Position numbers and translations under genes: made by a program | In this document: in pieces, positions 27,101 to 40,600 of the stretch | Numbering within the stretch: position 1 is the first letter of the stretch | Layout of the letters: each line of letters starts with the position of its first letter | Notes under the pieces: model-generated | What the model was told of the DNA's origin: nothing | What the model saw: only the letters and a program-made list of their open reading frames with translations | Databases searched by the model: none | NCBI RefSeq assembly: GCF_026571515.1 | Contig: NW_026855281.1 | Coordinates: 1-64,000 of the forward strand | Direction: 5' to 3' | DNA: 64,000 nucleotides | DNA from: Ruditapes philippinarum | Taxonomy: Eukaryota

Positions 27101-27949
27101 TGAATAAATCTTACGGTAAGCTGTAATCACGCTTTTTGATTGACAGAGTATCATTACGCGATATGGAAACCTACTATAGCCAGACGCAGAACAGGAACCG
27201 GAAGAAGGGACTCGGTGAGGCTGGACTGTCTTTACTATCATTGAATGTAAATGGACTAAGTAGATCGAAATTGGAGGACAATGACTTTATGAAGAAACTG
27301 TGTAATAATGATACTATGTTTTTGTTTAATAAAATATCTAATTTTGATATAGATGGGTATACAACTTTTAATTTCTATCGTAAATTTCAGAACCGGCGAG
27401 CGAAGCGATCTAGTGGTGGGGTATTAGTATACATTAAAAATGAAATAAGTAAAATGGTTACCGTTGTACAGAATCATTTTGACACTTTCCTTGGTTGAAA
27501 CTTGAAAACATGTTTTTTTTTTTCATTTTACCGATGACATTTATTTAGCTGATGTATATATTTGGGTGGAAGATTCCCCTGCTTTAAACTTTATCAGTGG
27601 TGATTTATTTGAATTATGCAAAACAATATTTCTGTTTATGAATCACATGGCATTACATTTTTAACTGGTGAATGGAATGCACGTACATGTTATGGAGACC
27701 GCAAGGATGATATTGTTTGTGATCGTACCGGTAGTTTTATAGATTATGATGATTATTCTCCGGACATGCCTTTCGAACATGTGTCCAAGGACCATCTATA
27801 TAATAATTCGGATATCAAATTATTAGATGTGAGTACGAATTCCAAGTGATTGGCTTGGTCGTGATATTGGAAACAATACTTATAAATGTTCATCGGGATC
27901 TAGTGTCAGTGACTATCTAAAATTTTGGTGCAGTAAATTATTTTCTACT

Positions 27950-28675
27950 TTAACTTTTCCATTTCGTAAGGTATCAACTTCAAACTTCAAATATGTTATT
28001 TATCATCAACCACATCTTATGCGACAAGATAAATAACTCTCGCACCAATATTTGCAGATTTATCTCCCCTTGACGTATAATTGTTCTTTAAAATATTATG
28101 TTTTACTGTAACTTCTTTATTTCCTTAACGATCAACTTCATACTTCAAGTATATGTTCCTTATATCTGACAAGGGTCATAATTCTAGCACTAATATTGCA
28201 AAAAATTATCTCCTCATTAACTTGGATTTTTTACTTGAAAAATGTTATTTCTTCATTACAACTTCTTAAGTTTTAAAGGTATCTTACTCAAACTTCAAAT
28301 ATATACTCCTTATCATCAACCAGATCTTATTTGACAAGGTTCATAACTCTTGAAGCAATATTTCCAGATTTTTTTCTCCCTTTGAACGTTTTGAAGAAAT
28401 ATGATAACTTCTTATTAATAGGTTTCTTCTTTAAACATCAAATAAATATTTCTTATCATTACACACATGTTGTGTTACAATGTCCATAACTCTAATGTGA
28501 TTATTTCCAGAATTATTCCCCCTTGAACTTGGAATTCATGTTAACAAATTTAACTTCGTGTCATAAGAAGAATTATATTTATATCATAATTGATTTTCTT
28601 TTATAATTTCGTCTTCTTTACTGCGTCCAATATTTAATTATTCGAGCTTTGCTGTCTCCTGTGACAGCTCTTGTT
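27950..28675 (+). mobile_element. HINE-like element fragment with internal tandem cores
   Basis: Repeated aacttcaaatat...ttatcatcaacc...ataactct...ttatctccccttga units; 3' end cgagctttgctgtc...gacagctcttgtt hairpin. Confidence 0.6.
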
Positions 28676-29380
28676 CTATTAAATGTCACGTATTTGCACG
28701 AGGATAATGATATTTATTATGAAAGCACTACTTGACGATGGAATAGTGAGTTACAGAACGAATTCCGTAAAGGTCTTATAATGTTAAAATACTATTACCG
28801 AAAATGTTAATTTTAACGTAAGATTACATTTTAATTCATGTATCGCATTCTTTGTAAATGTGAGAAGTGTGGCAGATCCATTATTTAGTAAACGTAGAAG
28901 AATATATAATACGCCATGTGCCGATGGTAAACTATGTAAAAAGTCTGAGAAGTTTGATGAAGATTGAAACGTTCAAAAGAGGTATATTTAGGTTCTGTAT
29001 CTAAATATAAGATGAATAAAAAATAATGAAAATATAATAGTATAAAAAGAATGTGTACTAAAAACTGATTGCTAAAAATGATCAAAAAGAAATGTAGTTA
29101 TGAGATAAATATGTCAAGAACTATTGAACCCCTGCGTCACTGTTAACCTAAAAAGACGATACATAAGAATAATATTCCGATAGAAGATTTTTTGAGCTCT
29201 TTTTTTACCCTTAGTAATGATCTGCCAAATGCCTTGCATACCAAACGTAATTTTGCATGTTACAAAAATTAACTTGTATCTTATAGTATTGATGTACTGT
29301 ACGAGGAACTAGATGAACCTTTAGCAGTTGGTGAAACATATTGTGTTATTCGTTATTTAAAGAAAAATAAGGCTTTGAAG

Positions 29381-31266
29381 TTATTAGTCCTCTACCGGTT
29401 TAATCGGAGGGGACTTGAGATTTACCTTCGGTCCGTCTGTCCGTCCGTCCGTCTATCCGTCTGTCTGTCAGTCCGTCCGTCTGCATTGGATCCTGCAATA
29501 ATGCAAAAAGTACTGAAATTATTTTTATGAAACTTTATATATGAGTAGATACATAGTCTGGAGATTATGCACGTCTTTTATTTTTCTTATGTTGAAAACT
29601 TTGGTTGCTATGGCAACAAATTGACTGACAATATGGCTAATTTAACACATAAACTGGATCCAGCGAACACCCAAAAAGTAGTGAAAACATTTTTATGAAA
29701 CCTGATATATTATAGGAGTGGATGGCAGTCTGGAGAATATGCACGTCTTCGTCGTTTCTTCCTATGTTGAAATTCTTGGTTGCTATGTCAACAAATATGC
29801 TTAAATTATTGCAAATATAACATTTTTTGTCATTACTCAAAAATTAGGGAAAACAAATTATGAAACTAAAAATATATGTTACTGATCATCAACCTTATCA
29901 TATGTGACAAAGTTTACAAATCTAGCACAAAAGGAATCAGAACTACCCACCTTGAACTTAGAATGTTCATGAAAAATGATGATTTTTTAATAACTACTTT
30001 ATTTCATAATGTATCTATATATATGTGTGTGTGCGTGCGTGCGTGCGCGCGCGTGCTTGTGTGCGTGCGTATGTGTGTGTCTTATTTTTACTCAAGTAAT
30101 TTGGTAGAAGGTTCAATACTCCAGCTTGACTTTTTCCAGAATTATGTCCTCCTTGAACTTAGATTTTTTTTTCTAGAAATTATTATATTTTACTCAAACT
30201 TCTTCATTTTCTATCATAATAATATGACAAGGGTTTTAAATCTAGCGTCCATATTTCCAAAATTATCTCCTCCTTTAACTTTGAATTTATCTTTGTCATT
30301 CTTTTACTCTTTTACTTTCTTATTTCTCCATGGATTTACTTCAAATAAAAAAAAAACATTTATTATCAAGACCTACTTCATATGTGATTAGATTTATAAG
30401 ACATGCATTTCCATGATTATTTTCATTTCAACTTGAAATTTACTTGATTTTTTCTTTTTATAATTTTATTCTTTGTTATTATATATGGTAATTCTTTTTA
30501 ATTTTTTGTTTTCACTTATCTTCTTTATGTATTGTCCAGGTCAAGCAAATATAACTGACAAGACGAACTTGTTTGGTATGAGATAAAACACAACACTTAG
30601 GTTGAATGAAATAGGGCATTTATTAAATGCCATAAATGACAAATGTTACATAATAACAATTTAAACATGGCATGAACATATTTGTACCAAAATAACCAAA
30701 CTGGGAGATTGAGCATAAAATCTTATTTGTGACTTTAAATGGTATTTTCTTTAAACGTAAGATAATTGTTCTTTGTTACACTCACATCATGTATGAAAAC
30801 GTTTATAAGTCTAGCATCTTTATTTCAAGTTTAAGAATTTTGCTATTAAAATGTTATATTCTGGTAACAATTATGGATGTTTAAAGAATTATCCTCAGAG
30901 TATCTGTCGGTTGGTCTGTCTGTCCGTTTCTAAAAACTATTTTCTGAAACATTTCAACGGAAATTTTCCAACAAATTTGCTTAAAAAAGAGAAAAGTTGA
31001 AACATCAGCTATACATATTAATCCTGAGACAATTGGATCTTTTGATTATCTGGTCTATAAACATAATTAGGGAAACTTAACATATTACTTAGATACAGAC
31101 AAACTAAGAACTCAACATATTTCAGTTTATTCATATCATTCATTCATCCATTCATTTATTCATTCAATGACATAATTCAATGACCAATGGCCCTTCATAA
31201 TGTTGCTGGGGTTCTTACCGGTAGGGGACTAATGGATTGCTTGCAAAAGTGTGATGAGTGCTTGTT
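29381..31266 (+). mobile_element. Full-length HINE/pearl-like non-autonomous Helentron, copy 1
   Basis: Subterminal inverted repeats agtcctctaccggt (29386) and accggtaggggact (31217), 5' hairpin, (GTCC/GTCT)n microsatellite, internal tandem cores, 3' ...gcttgtt end. Confidence 0.75.
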
Positions 31267-31444
31267 CAATGAGTATTTTATAAATTCGTTCGATATTTTG
31301 TAATCACATTTAGTTGATAATTTTATTGGAATTCTGAACTCTGGCTTTTTTAAGAAAAAAATCTCTGTAGAAGAAGAAAATCCAAACCTAGTAATTATAG
31401 AGGAATCAGTCTCGTCGAAGATATTTACAGGTGTTTTAGATAGG

Positions 31445-33288
31445 TGATTGGAAACTGTTTTTACCTACAAGGTCAATGTGACCTTTATCTTTGACAACCT
31501 GACCTCAAAATCAAAAGGGATTATCTTATGGTCAGGTCCCATAAATAACGGCGTATTCCTTCTTAAGTTATTAATCGAACAATGAAATGTTTAGGTAAGA
31601 AATTTCTTACATACGAGCATACATACGTATACGGATCTATCCTTTCAAAGTATGCTTCAACTTTGGAAGTGGACCATAAAACAACTTGATTCGAATTAAA
31701 AAGAAAACAGATAAAATATATGCCAAAACTAATTCAATAAAGGTCTAAACTATGTAATTTTCATTATGGTTTCTCTATTACAAAAAGGCTGCGTCAGTGT
31801 ATTGTCGGCAACTTGATGTGTGTGTTGTTGATAGAGATTCGGCTGTTACGTTATCTTCCCTTGAGGTTGGAAGCAAATACCTCGTGCTAGATGCTGGTGG
31901 TAGGTTGTCGGTTATTTTGAGCTTTTAAAAAAATAAGGTACATTACCTGTCGATTACATGACCATAATTATAATAATATTTATCGTAAAAAGATTTTCAT
32001 TTCAAATTTGAAATGTATTTTGTTGTTCTTGTATCGATTTAAACTATTTATTTGTTTATCATTAATACATCATAGTTCAAACACTGCAAATCCTCACTAG
32101 TGTTTTCATGTAAGAGTTTTCTTAATATCACATATTTTTTCAAAACAAGTAACAAGATTTGTACACATGTATTATTCAAGCATATCTTATTTTTTAGGTA
32201 AAACAATAGATTTAACAGTACACTAAATTGCTCCATCAAAATGTGTTAAACAAGTTGTTGCTTCAAGTTGAAATATTTTGGCGGAAATGCAGTGAACAAG
32301 GAGTTCGAAATGTTCTTGAAAACTACTCTTCCTGATGAAAATTATGAACAATTTAAACAATTTTAAACTGAAGATTGGTTGTTTCTAATGGGATAATTTG
32401 AAGTGGAACAGAAATCTTTTCAGTCAGAGAAAACCAAATGTGTGTATGTAAGATTTCTGCTAAGTTTTAAAGATATATATGAATTATACAAACGAAATTC
32501 ATTTCTACGAATAATGAAGAAGACAAAGAGTATTGAAAAGGCCTTGAATCGGACGGACTTTGGCAAAGACATAAGTATCAAACGAGACAAAATTTCCTTC
32601 CAATCAGATGTTTTCGTCATGTTTTTCGGACCTGCGACAGACATGACAACACAGCAAATAAAAAAGGTGATAGGGAAAATGCAAGGAGGAACAATTTCCT
32701 GCATTTAATTGTAGGTGGCTTCTCTGAATGTATCCTTTTGCAGCAACTTGTAAGGTCTGAATTTTTTTCACATTCCTGTTATTGTACCAGTAGAGGCGTC
32801 AACTGCAGTGCTTCAAGGGTCAGATTTGTACGGATGTTGTTCGCCTGTTGTTTCAGAGAGGGTTGTGAAATATGGTGTTTTAGGTAGTACAAAATTCATT
32901 CCAGATAAACACCACATAATGAAACGTTTGGTCACTGATAGTGGAGTTCAGTGTAAAGATATATTCCACGAGCACGTTACTCGAGGAGATTTAATAAAAT
33001 TTGACACGCAGCCAAGGAATGGTATTTTCCACAAATTCGAAATCAAAAGAAGGTAAACTTCACAACAGCAGGTGTCAAGTGCTTTGTGGCAGCTGTAGCC
33101 TTTGCTAGGGGGCGTGAGGGATGTTGCACGTATTCATTATCCCTCATGTACAGACTCAATCAAACCGAGTCTGCAATTTTCAAGATCATCCTATATTTAT
33201 CTGGCTCAAATGACATGTGTAATCACCCACTGAAAGTGACATTGCCTTTAGAGGCACAAAAATTACTGTTACTGCAGAAGACCCAATA
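31445..33288 (+). pseudogene. Partial genomic duplicate of HSPA12 (last two exons and flanking introns), pseudogenised
   Basis: Colinear with 22800-24640 including intron sequence. The acceptor and start of the 23137 exon are deleted; in-frame stops (near 32269, 32364, 32394) and frameshifts; foreign insert at 33058-33181. Confidence 0.92.
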
Positions 33289-33778
33289 ACTTAAGATTCC
33301 TTTGACTCACAGTCTTCATATTTGGCATAAAGGTTAGTCATGATTAGTAGGTGACCGCTATTGATTTTAACGTCACGGGGTAAAAGGTCAAGGTCACATG
33401 GACTTGGACTTCAAAAAGATTGTTCGCCAATTAACTTAAGATTTCTTTGACTCACAGTCTTCATATTTAGCATTGATGTTGATCATGACCATAAAGTGAC
33501 CCCTATTGATTTTGCGATCACTGGGTCAAAGGTCAAGGTCACAGCGACCTTGGCTAAACAAATCTTTTCCCCTTAATTGCTTAAGAATGCCTGTCCGCAG
33601 TGTATTGATTTTGACATTTTCACAATTGCAGCATGTAGAATACATAACTTAGCAATGCACTGGCTTAGTAACCTCAGATTTGGCAGGGAGGTTGTCCTTG
33701 AGCTCCAAATGGCCACTGTTGATACTGACAAAGTGGTATGCGGAGGTATTCACGGCATGACAGTGGCAGCTCTAGTTA
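33285..33778 (+). mobile_element. HINE-like 3' fragment
   Basis: Two tandem cores with aaaggtcaaggtcac; terminal ...cagtggcagctctagtt. Confidence 0.6.
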
Positions 33779-36508
33779 CAATAGTGTTTTACGTGAAATC
33801 TTAATGGAATAAGAATGTCTGTTATAGCAATTTTTAATATGTTTCTCTCGCGAGAAGGACGGAACCGAGATAATGACGTATTATACCAATTTATAGTATA
33901 GTTATGTACGCTACATATATATTGATATATAACTTCTAATTCTTATTACATATATTACATGTATTAAAATGATTTTATTAATCTAACCACATATTTTAAT
34001 TCATTTAACCTCAACTTTATTCAACATCGACGATCAAGCTTGACGATGATCTCTGGCTACATGATTTACGCAATGTCTGCTTTATTTTCAAGGTAAAACA
34101 TTTTCATTTGCGAGCGTACATGTCACAATTCAGAACTGTTCACTTTTTTGAGGAGAAGATGTGTAAGCGGTCGAATAACTGCTCTGCCGGTAGAGCCGCG
34201 GTACGTTGTTTCGAGGGTGCGTTAACATTTGTTTTTATACATGTACATAATTTGCAAAAAAGTAAAACAAACCCATTACGAGTATACATGTTTGCAAATA
34301 AATAAAAGTCCTTTTTGTCATGTTGCAACATTGCATTTGTTATATTTGGTAGGAATTGACCCCCTTGTAATTACAAAGTTATAATGAATAAAGTTTTGGA
34401 ATATCCAGAAAATCCATTTTAGAATTAAAGGTAAACATCATAGATAAAAAACTCTTATTTTTACAAACAGTTACGATTCAGCCTATCTGCATACAGTTCC
34501 TAGAAATTTATGTCAAAGCTTTTTAAAAATGTTCTATTAATTGATGATAATATATCTTGATTCTAATGTGAACTGGTGATTAACGAATTTGTAATTTGGC
34601 AATTGAGGTGCCTTTTGGAAGAGGAAAACAGTATTTATGAACAAAACACATATGAATATGATTTTACTTTGCTGTAACATTTGAGAAAGTATTTCGTAAA
34701 CACAATATGGTGTGCTTTCCAAATCTATATGTAGTAAAAGGAAAATTTGTATTATCCAATTGAGTCAAATATGTACGTACAGACAGAAAGATAATGAAAA
34801 TTGCGAGTGATAATTTAAAGTTTTTCCCATAACAATGTCACGTTTATGCTGTTTATATAACATGGATTACTATACTAATATTTACGGAACTATATGAAGA
34901 ATTATAGATTTATAAATGCGTGTTGTAAAAAATGTTTTGTGTCTTTTTGTAATTGGCGAAATGCACGACATAAATGTCTATACCAAGGCAGATAAATTAA
35001 TGAATGGGTGATTAATTATATATGCATGAGTCAGATAGTTCCGTGATAACGTTTTTTTTTAATGAAGCTCAATATGTTTAGAAGTAGGCTTTGTGGTTGC
35101 AATTTGCTCTCCGTGTGCCGTCTTTAGTTCGCCATTATCCTTAATACCATTTGCGTAATTTCGACAGAAGTTCAAATGGGGTACAAAAATAATCTAAGGT
35201 CTAGCTCTATAAAGGTTATATAAATAGTGTCTCAATTTGTTAAGTATGTACGTCACAATACCTAAAAGTAGAAATATACAAACAAAGAGATCCTTCGGAA
35301 GCATAAATCACAACAAAATTGCAATAAATTAAAAGTCCAATTTTAAACAACGTCTTGCCCAGAGCATTGCATGTAACATCACCACGTGGTCCAGGTGGTC
35401 CGCTTAAAAGTAAATATAAATCATAACCCTGGGCAGTCACTTTGTGTATATATATCTATATAATTATATATGGGGACATTTAAGTCACCTTGTGTGCAAC
35501 TATAATTCAGATAGCTTGCATAATAGCATAGCCTTGAAGACCTTTTGAACAATTTTGTTCGAAGTTTACTCCACGGGTCAAGAATGGCGTGTGTTTTGGT
35601 CATACTTCATACATAGGAAACTATTATAACATATTAATCGAGATATAACAATGTATTTTCGGATGGACTTCTTAAGTTTTTAAAAGGCATTCTGGTTGGT
35701 CTAAAATGACATTGGCCAGTGTGACCCAATTGCCTTTTACATTTAAGAATTATGGCCTCAACTCATGCATATTCCTCAAGCTCTATTATCATTATTATAT
35801 ATATATTCTCACTCACCATTATTTACCTTTACTTTAAATTGGCTTTATTTGTGATTTACGATTTATTTTGTAACCCTTAATTATTTAAAGCAACTTTGAT
35901 TGTACTTACATAAGCATTGTGAATTTTATTAAACATACTTAATTTTCTTTCTTACTACAATTTGATCCCCAACTTATGTATATGTATATACTCTGGAAAA
36001 TCTAAAAATTATCAAGTTTTTGTTGCTGTTGTTTTTTTTGTACAATATTGATTTTTAAAAATTATTTTCAACTCTTTCGTTGTTAAAATCAAAGTATTTT
36101 TTAGAACATAAGATTTTTATATCTTACATCTTACACTCATTTAAATGATTTAATGATACACAGAGCTTACATGTTTTTTATTATTTTTTTTACATTTTAT
36201 CAAATTTATAAATTGCATAAACGAAATAATTGACCTTATGTTTAAATGCAATATATATTGTTTAGTAAACCTTTACCGTAATATTTGAATAGCAAAACGT
36301 TTTGAATTGATTTAAAAAGTATGTGTTTATGAAATACCAGAAAATTGTTAAGTGCATAAATATATATGAACGTTTATATATACGTTTTTTGTTGTTGTTT
36401 TTTTGTTGGTTTTTTTTTTTTTTTTTTTTGGGGGGGGGGGGGGGGCTTAGTTAATTTACGTGCGTTTAATAATTGTTAGATTTTAAAATCATTATTTTAC
36501 TGATATGA

Positions 36509-37653
36509 TTATTAGTCCAATACCGGTTTAACCGGCGGGGTTTTAGGTTTTACCCTCTGTCCGTCAACAAAAACCGGATCTCGTGATAACACAAAAAATA
36601 TTGAAAATAGTTTTATTGAACTCAAAATATACTAGGTAGAACACAGTCTGGATGTTATTCACGTCTTCGTATGTTCCTTATTGACAAAAGGTGGTTACAT
36701 GGCCACAAATAACCTAAACATATGGCAAAATAACAATATTTACGATAACTCAAAAATACTAAAAATATTTTTATGAAAAAAATATGGATAGGTGCCAGTA
36801 TTGAGATTGTGCACATCATTTAAAGATTGACTATAAGGAGAATATTGATAGCTATTCTACTTACCCAGGGTTACCGAACGCGTTTTACGCAATACATTTT
36901 TTTTACGATAACCTCTTTATTTCTAATGTAATTTTACTCCAAACTACAAATATATATTTCGGATCATCAACCACATCAAATGTGGCAAAGTTCACAACTC
37001 TAGCACCAGACTTGTCATAATTATCTCCCTTGAACTTCTTCTACACAATAATTCTTTTTTATTTCCGCATCGTAGTTATATGTCAAGGTTTATAAATAAA
37101 GCGTCTATATTTCCAGAATTATCTCCCCTTTAAACTTTATTCTATAACTTTTTATTTCTCTGAGTTGAGTTTTATCTAATATTTTAAAATATATGTTCAT
37201 TTTCAACACTTTCATCATGTGTTATTTGATTTATAAGTCTAGCGCCTACGTTTCCATGTAGTTGGTTTTTATTTTGAACTTCGAAGTTATATGATAATTG
37301 TTATATAATTTTCTAAATTTTCTTCTTTGTTACTAAAAATGGTCAGTCTGTCTGTTCCAAAATCTCTTCCCTGAGATCCTTTTTAAAATGACTTGAAACT
37401 TTTCCAGCAAATTTACCTCAAATAGAGTAAAGTTAAAACAAGCTACGCATATTCTTTCTGAGATAAATGGAACTTGAAACATAATTTCCGTATTAGGCAG
37501 GGAAAGTCAATACGTTTCTGGGATACAGACAAACTAAGAACTAGAAATATTTAGAAATGGCTTTGCCCGTTCAGAATGTTGCTGACATAATTCTGATGGG
37601 GTCTTTGCCGGTAGGGGATTTTTGCATTGCTTGCAATTTGATAATTGCTTGTT
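36509..37653 (+). mobile_element. HINE/pearl-like element, copy 2 (same family as 29381-31266)
   Basis: ttattagtccaataccggt ... gccggtaggggatt termini; internal blocks colinear with copy 1 (e.g. gatacagacaaactaagaact). Confidence 0.72.
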
Positions 37654-40600
37654 CATTTTGCTTAAGATGAATTTAAGATTTACAATTCCTGCTTATAATA
37701 TATTTTCTTCATTAATTAATAAATTATAGCTATTAACTAGATACAAAACTACTTTGTTTGTCAATTTTTGATTTTTTTTTTAATTCAAGTACATAATTTT
37801 GGGTTTATTCAGAGCTTGAATTTTTAAAAACCGCCCAAGGGGCTTCACATGTAAGCCATTTTTGTGACCCTGGGATTGTGTTGAAAAGAATTATCGGGTA
37901 CAATACGTCCTGTTGCTTCGTGAATTGATACAATTTAATATTAATATCCAAATAATTTAAAGTAAATATTTAGAACGGATACTACACAGGAATAATCCCA
38001 TATCCGGCTCCCCTATACCAAAATGGATATTAATTGATTGCCTAATCTTGTTTACAAGTAGAAATAAAGAGCGTGCAGTAGTACATTTATAATTTGGATT
38101 CTAAATCAATTCAGAATTTAAGTGCCTAAGATCACAACGTTGAGTTTGTAGCTTTAAAACTATTCTTTTTTTTTGGGGGGGGGGGGGGGGATTTTAGATT
38201 AAAAAATGTCCCGATTGTTTGGCCTGGTGCAGAAATCACTTTTTAAATTTTACGTCTAAAACCCGACGATAATAGATATTCATTTTGGGCCCTTTTCCCT
38301 AATCATAAAAATGTCTTTACGAAGTCAATTGGGATTTTTCATGCCACGGTACCCGCTTGGCTGGTTAATAAGACGTTCAAGGTATTTTAATAATAAATAA
38401 GGTTTTAACTACATGTAATATAAAGGGGGTTTTTATCGCTGAGAGCGAATATCTGTCCAACACTTGCATAGTTTGGTAATATTGAATAATTTAATTCTTA
38501 TGCTGCTGTATAAGTGTGGAAAGAGTGGCGCGTGTTATACCCGTAAGTATGTTCTTGATTGTTTTCTTTCAGTTTATAGAAATTATTTGCTTTTTCGAAC
38601 AAACATGCCTTTAAATTTAAAAAAAAGAGGGCAGAGGTTTATCAAAAAAAAATTAATTTTAAACTGTTGTGATGATAGAATATAACCCATAAAATCAATG
38701 CTAATTTTTTAAGAGATTTTATTTAAATAAAATAAAAAAAAAGCACCGCAGAATCATTCCTTCTCGTTGAAAGTGAGAAAACTAAATATGTAGATTCAGA
38801 TGGGAAATTGGGAACTCATAATGTTTTTCCGGGGATAATGAAGTTCAATGTAAATTGCAATAAATGTTTTGGCATAAATTCAAACTTTTCAAACAATATG
38901 CTCTGCAGTAAAAAGGTTATTAAACTACTTTTCTTTTTAACCACTTGCGGCCTCGGACCCGCACGACTCCCCTCATTTAAAAAAATTGTATGTATATTAT
39001 AAAAAAGAATCAACAAACTTTTTTTTTGCAAATTTTTGTTTCATCAAAATTGTAGACAAAACGTTCCCGAATTTAACCTTAAAAGGTAAATTCCATGTTT
39101 TTTGTTCCCAAAAATTTTAGAAAATTTGAATTTAAAAAACGGTAGTGTTTATTTCCAAAGTTCGAAGAAACTTTTGGGAATGTGCAAAAAATGTTAACCC
39201 ACTCTTTTGGGTTTAGGTTAAGTCATAAAAATGTCTAAATGGTGTCTTTAATTTAATTTTTTTTAAAACTAAAATTATCAATTTTCCTTAAAAATTTAAA
39301 GGGGAAATATATTTAATTTTGGGCAATTTTTGGGGGGAAAAACCATGAAACCCCAAAAAAAAAATTGGGGTTAAAATAAAATTTTAAAGTTAAAAAAAAA
39401 GAGGCCAGACCCCAAACCCAAAACTTAAAACCCCAAAAATAAAAAAGAGGAAAAGGGGCCCTTTTGGCCAGGCCTGAAAAAAATTTGGGCAAAAGTCAAA
39501 AAAAGTAGCTCCCTTTTAAACTCAAGGGGCAGCCAAAATCTTGGGAAAATTTAAAGAAATTGCAAAAAACTTAATTAAATGGGGAAATATTTTAAAACTG
39601 AAACAGAAAGTTGGGTTGTTGGGCCCCTTTCGTTTATTATTTTAACCTTTTCCTGGGGGGGGGGGAAAATTTAAAATAGTTTGTAAAACGAAGGGAGCTA
39701 AATAATAATTTTATATTAAAAAAGAGATAAAAAAACATTTGGTCTGGCTGGGGGGTTTGATCCCTTTTGCCCAAGAAGCACCCGAAAGCTAAGGGAAAAG
39801 ATGGGTTTTAGTCTGGTGCGCGAAGTACGGGAAAAAGTGCCCCGTGTAAAGCCCAAAATTTCCCCCCACTTTATCATCTAACCCAAAAAAAACGTAAAAA
39901 AAAAAATTAGAGAAAATAATTTCAAAATTCCCTTAAAAATGGCCAGAAAAAATAATTCCCGTTTTTTCGCCGAAGAAGGGAGCTATTTCTCATATAATTT
40001 TAAAAATTTGAAAATGAAAAAATTTTAAAAAACATCTAGACAAATTTTTTGGACTTAACCCCACTTAGAGTCCCCATAACTGTTTGCTTAAAATATAAAA
40101 ATTTTATATACATTTTTTGAATTTAAAAAAGCAAATTTTTTTTCCTATTTTTTCCTGAAATTTTTTTATGTCTTCTGTAAAAAATGATAAAACAAGAAAT
40201 TTTAACAAGGAAAAGGGGGCCCTTTAATGAACGCAACCTTTTAAAATTTTTAAACCCACAAAAAAGAACCCGTGGCAAGGGAGCCCACGGACCCCAAAAA
40301 AAACAGGACAGGGGGAAAGCAGAGCAAAAATTCAACATTAATTTGGGCACTTTTCATGTTTTTCCGAAATTTTTTTTAGGAAAAAAGTAATAAAGTGAAA
40401 TTTAATTTTTTTCTTTTAAATTTCCCTCCAGAGTTTTAGACCCCAGTTTTGGGAAGGTGGGGGTCCTGGTTTATGAAGGGCAAAAATTTTTCCTTTCCGT
40501 TTTGCAAAAATATATTTGCAAATTTAAAACATGAATAAACAAAATTTTTCCAAAGTCAACTACCTGGGGTTAATTTTTTCGAAAGGGCCCCTTCCCATAA

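Larger units (their letters stand above)
27130..31330 (+). mobile_element. Degenerate LINE (endonuclease and linker) interrupted by two HINE-like insertions
   Basis: LSLNVNGL, KRSSGGVLVYIK, GEWNART, SVSDY. LINE-like sequence resumes at ~28690-29380 (LKKNKA) and again at ~31267 (NEYFINSFDIL). Confidence 0.65.
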
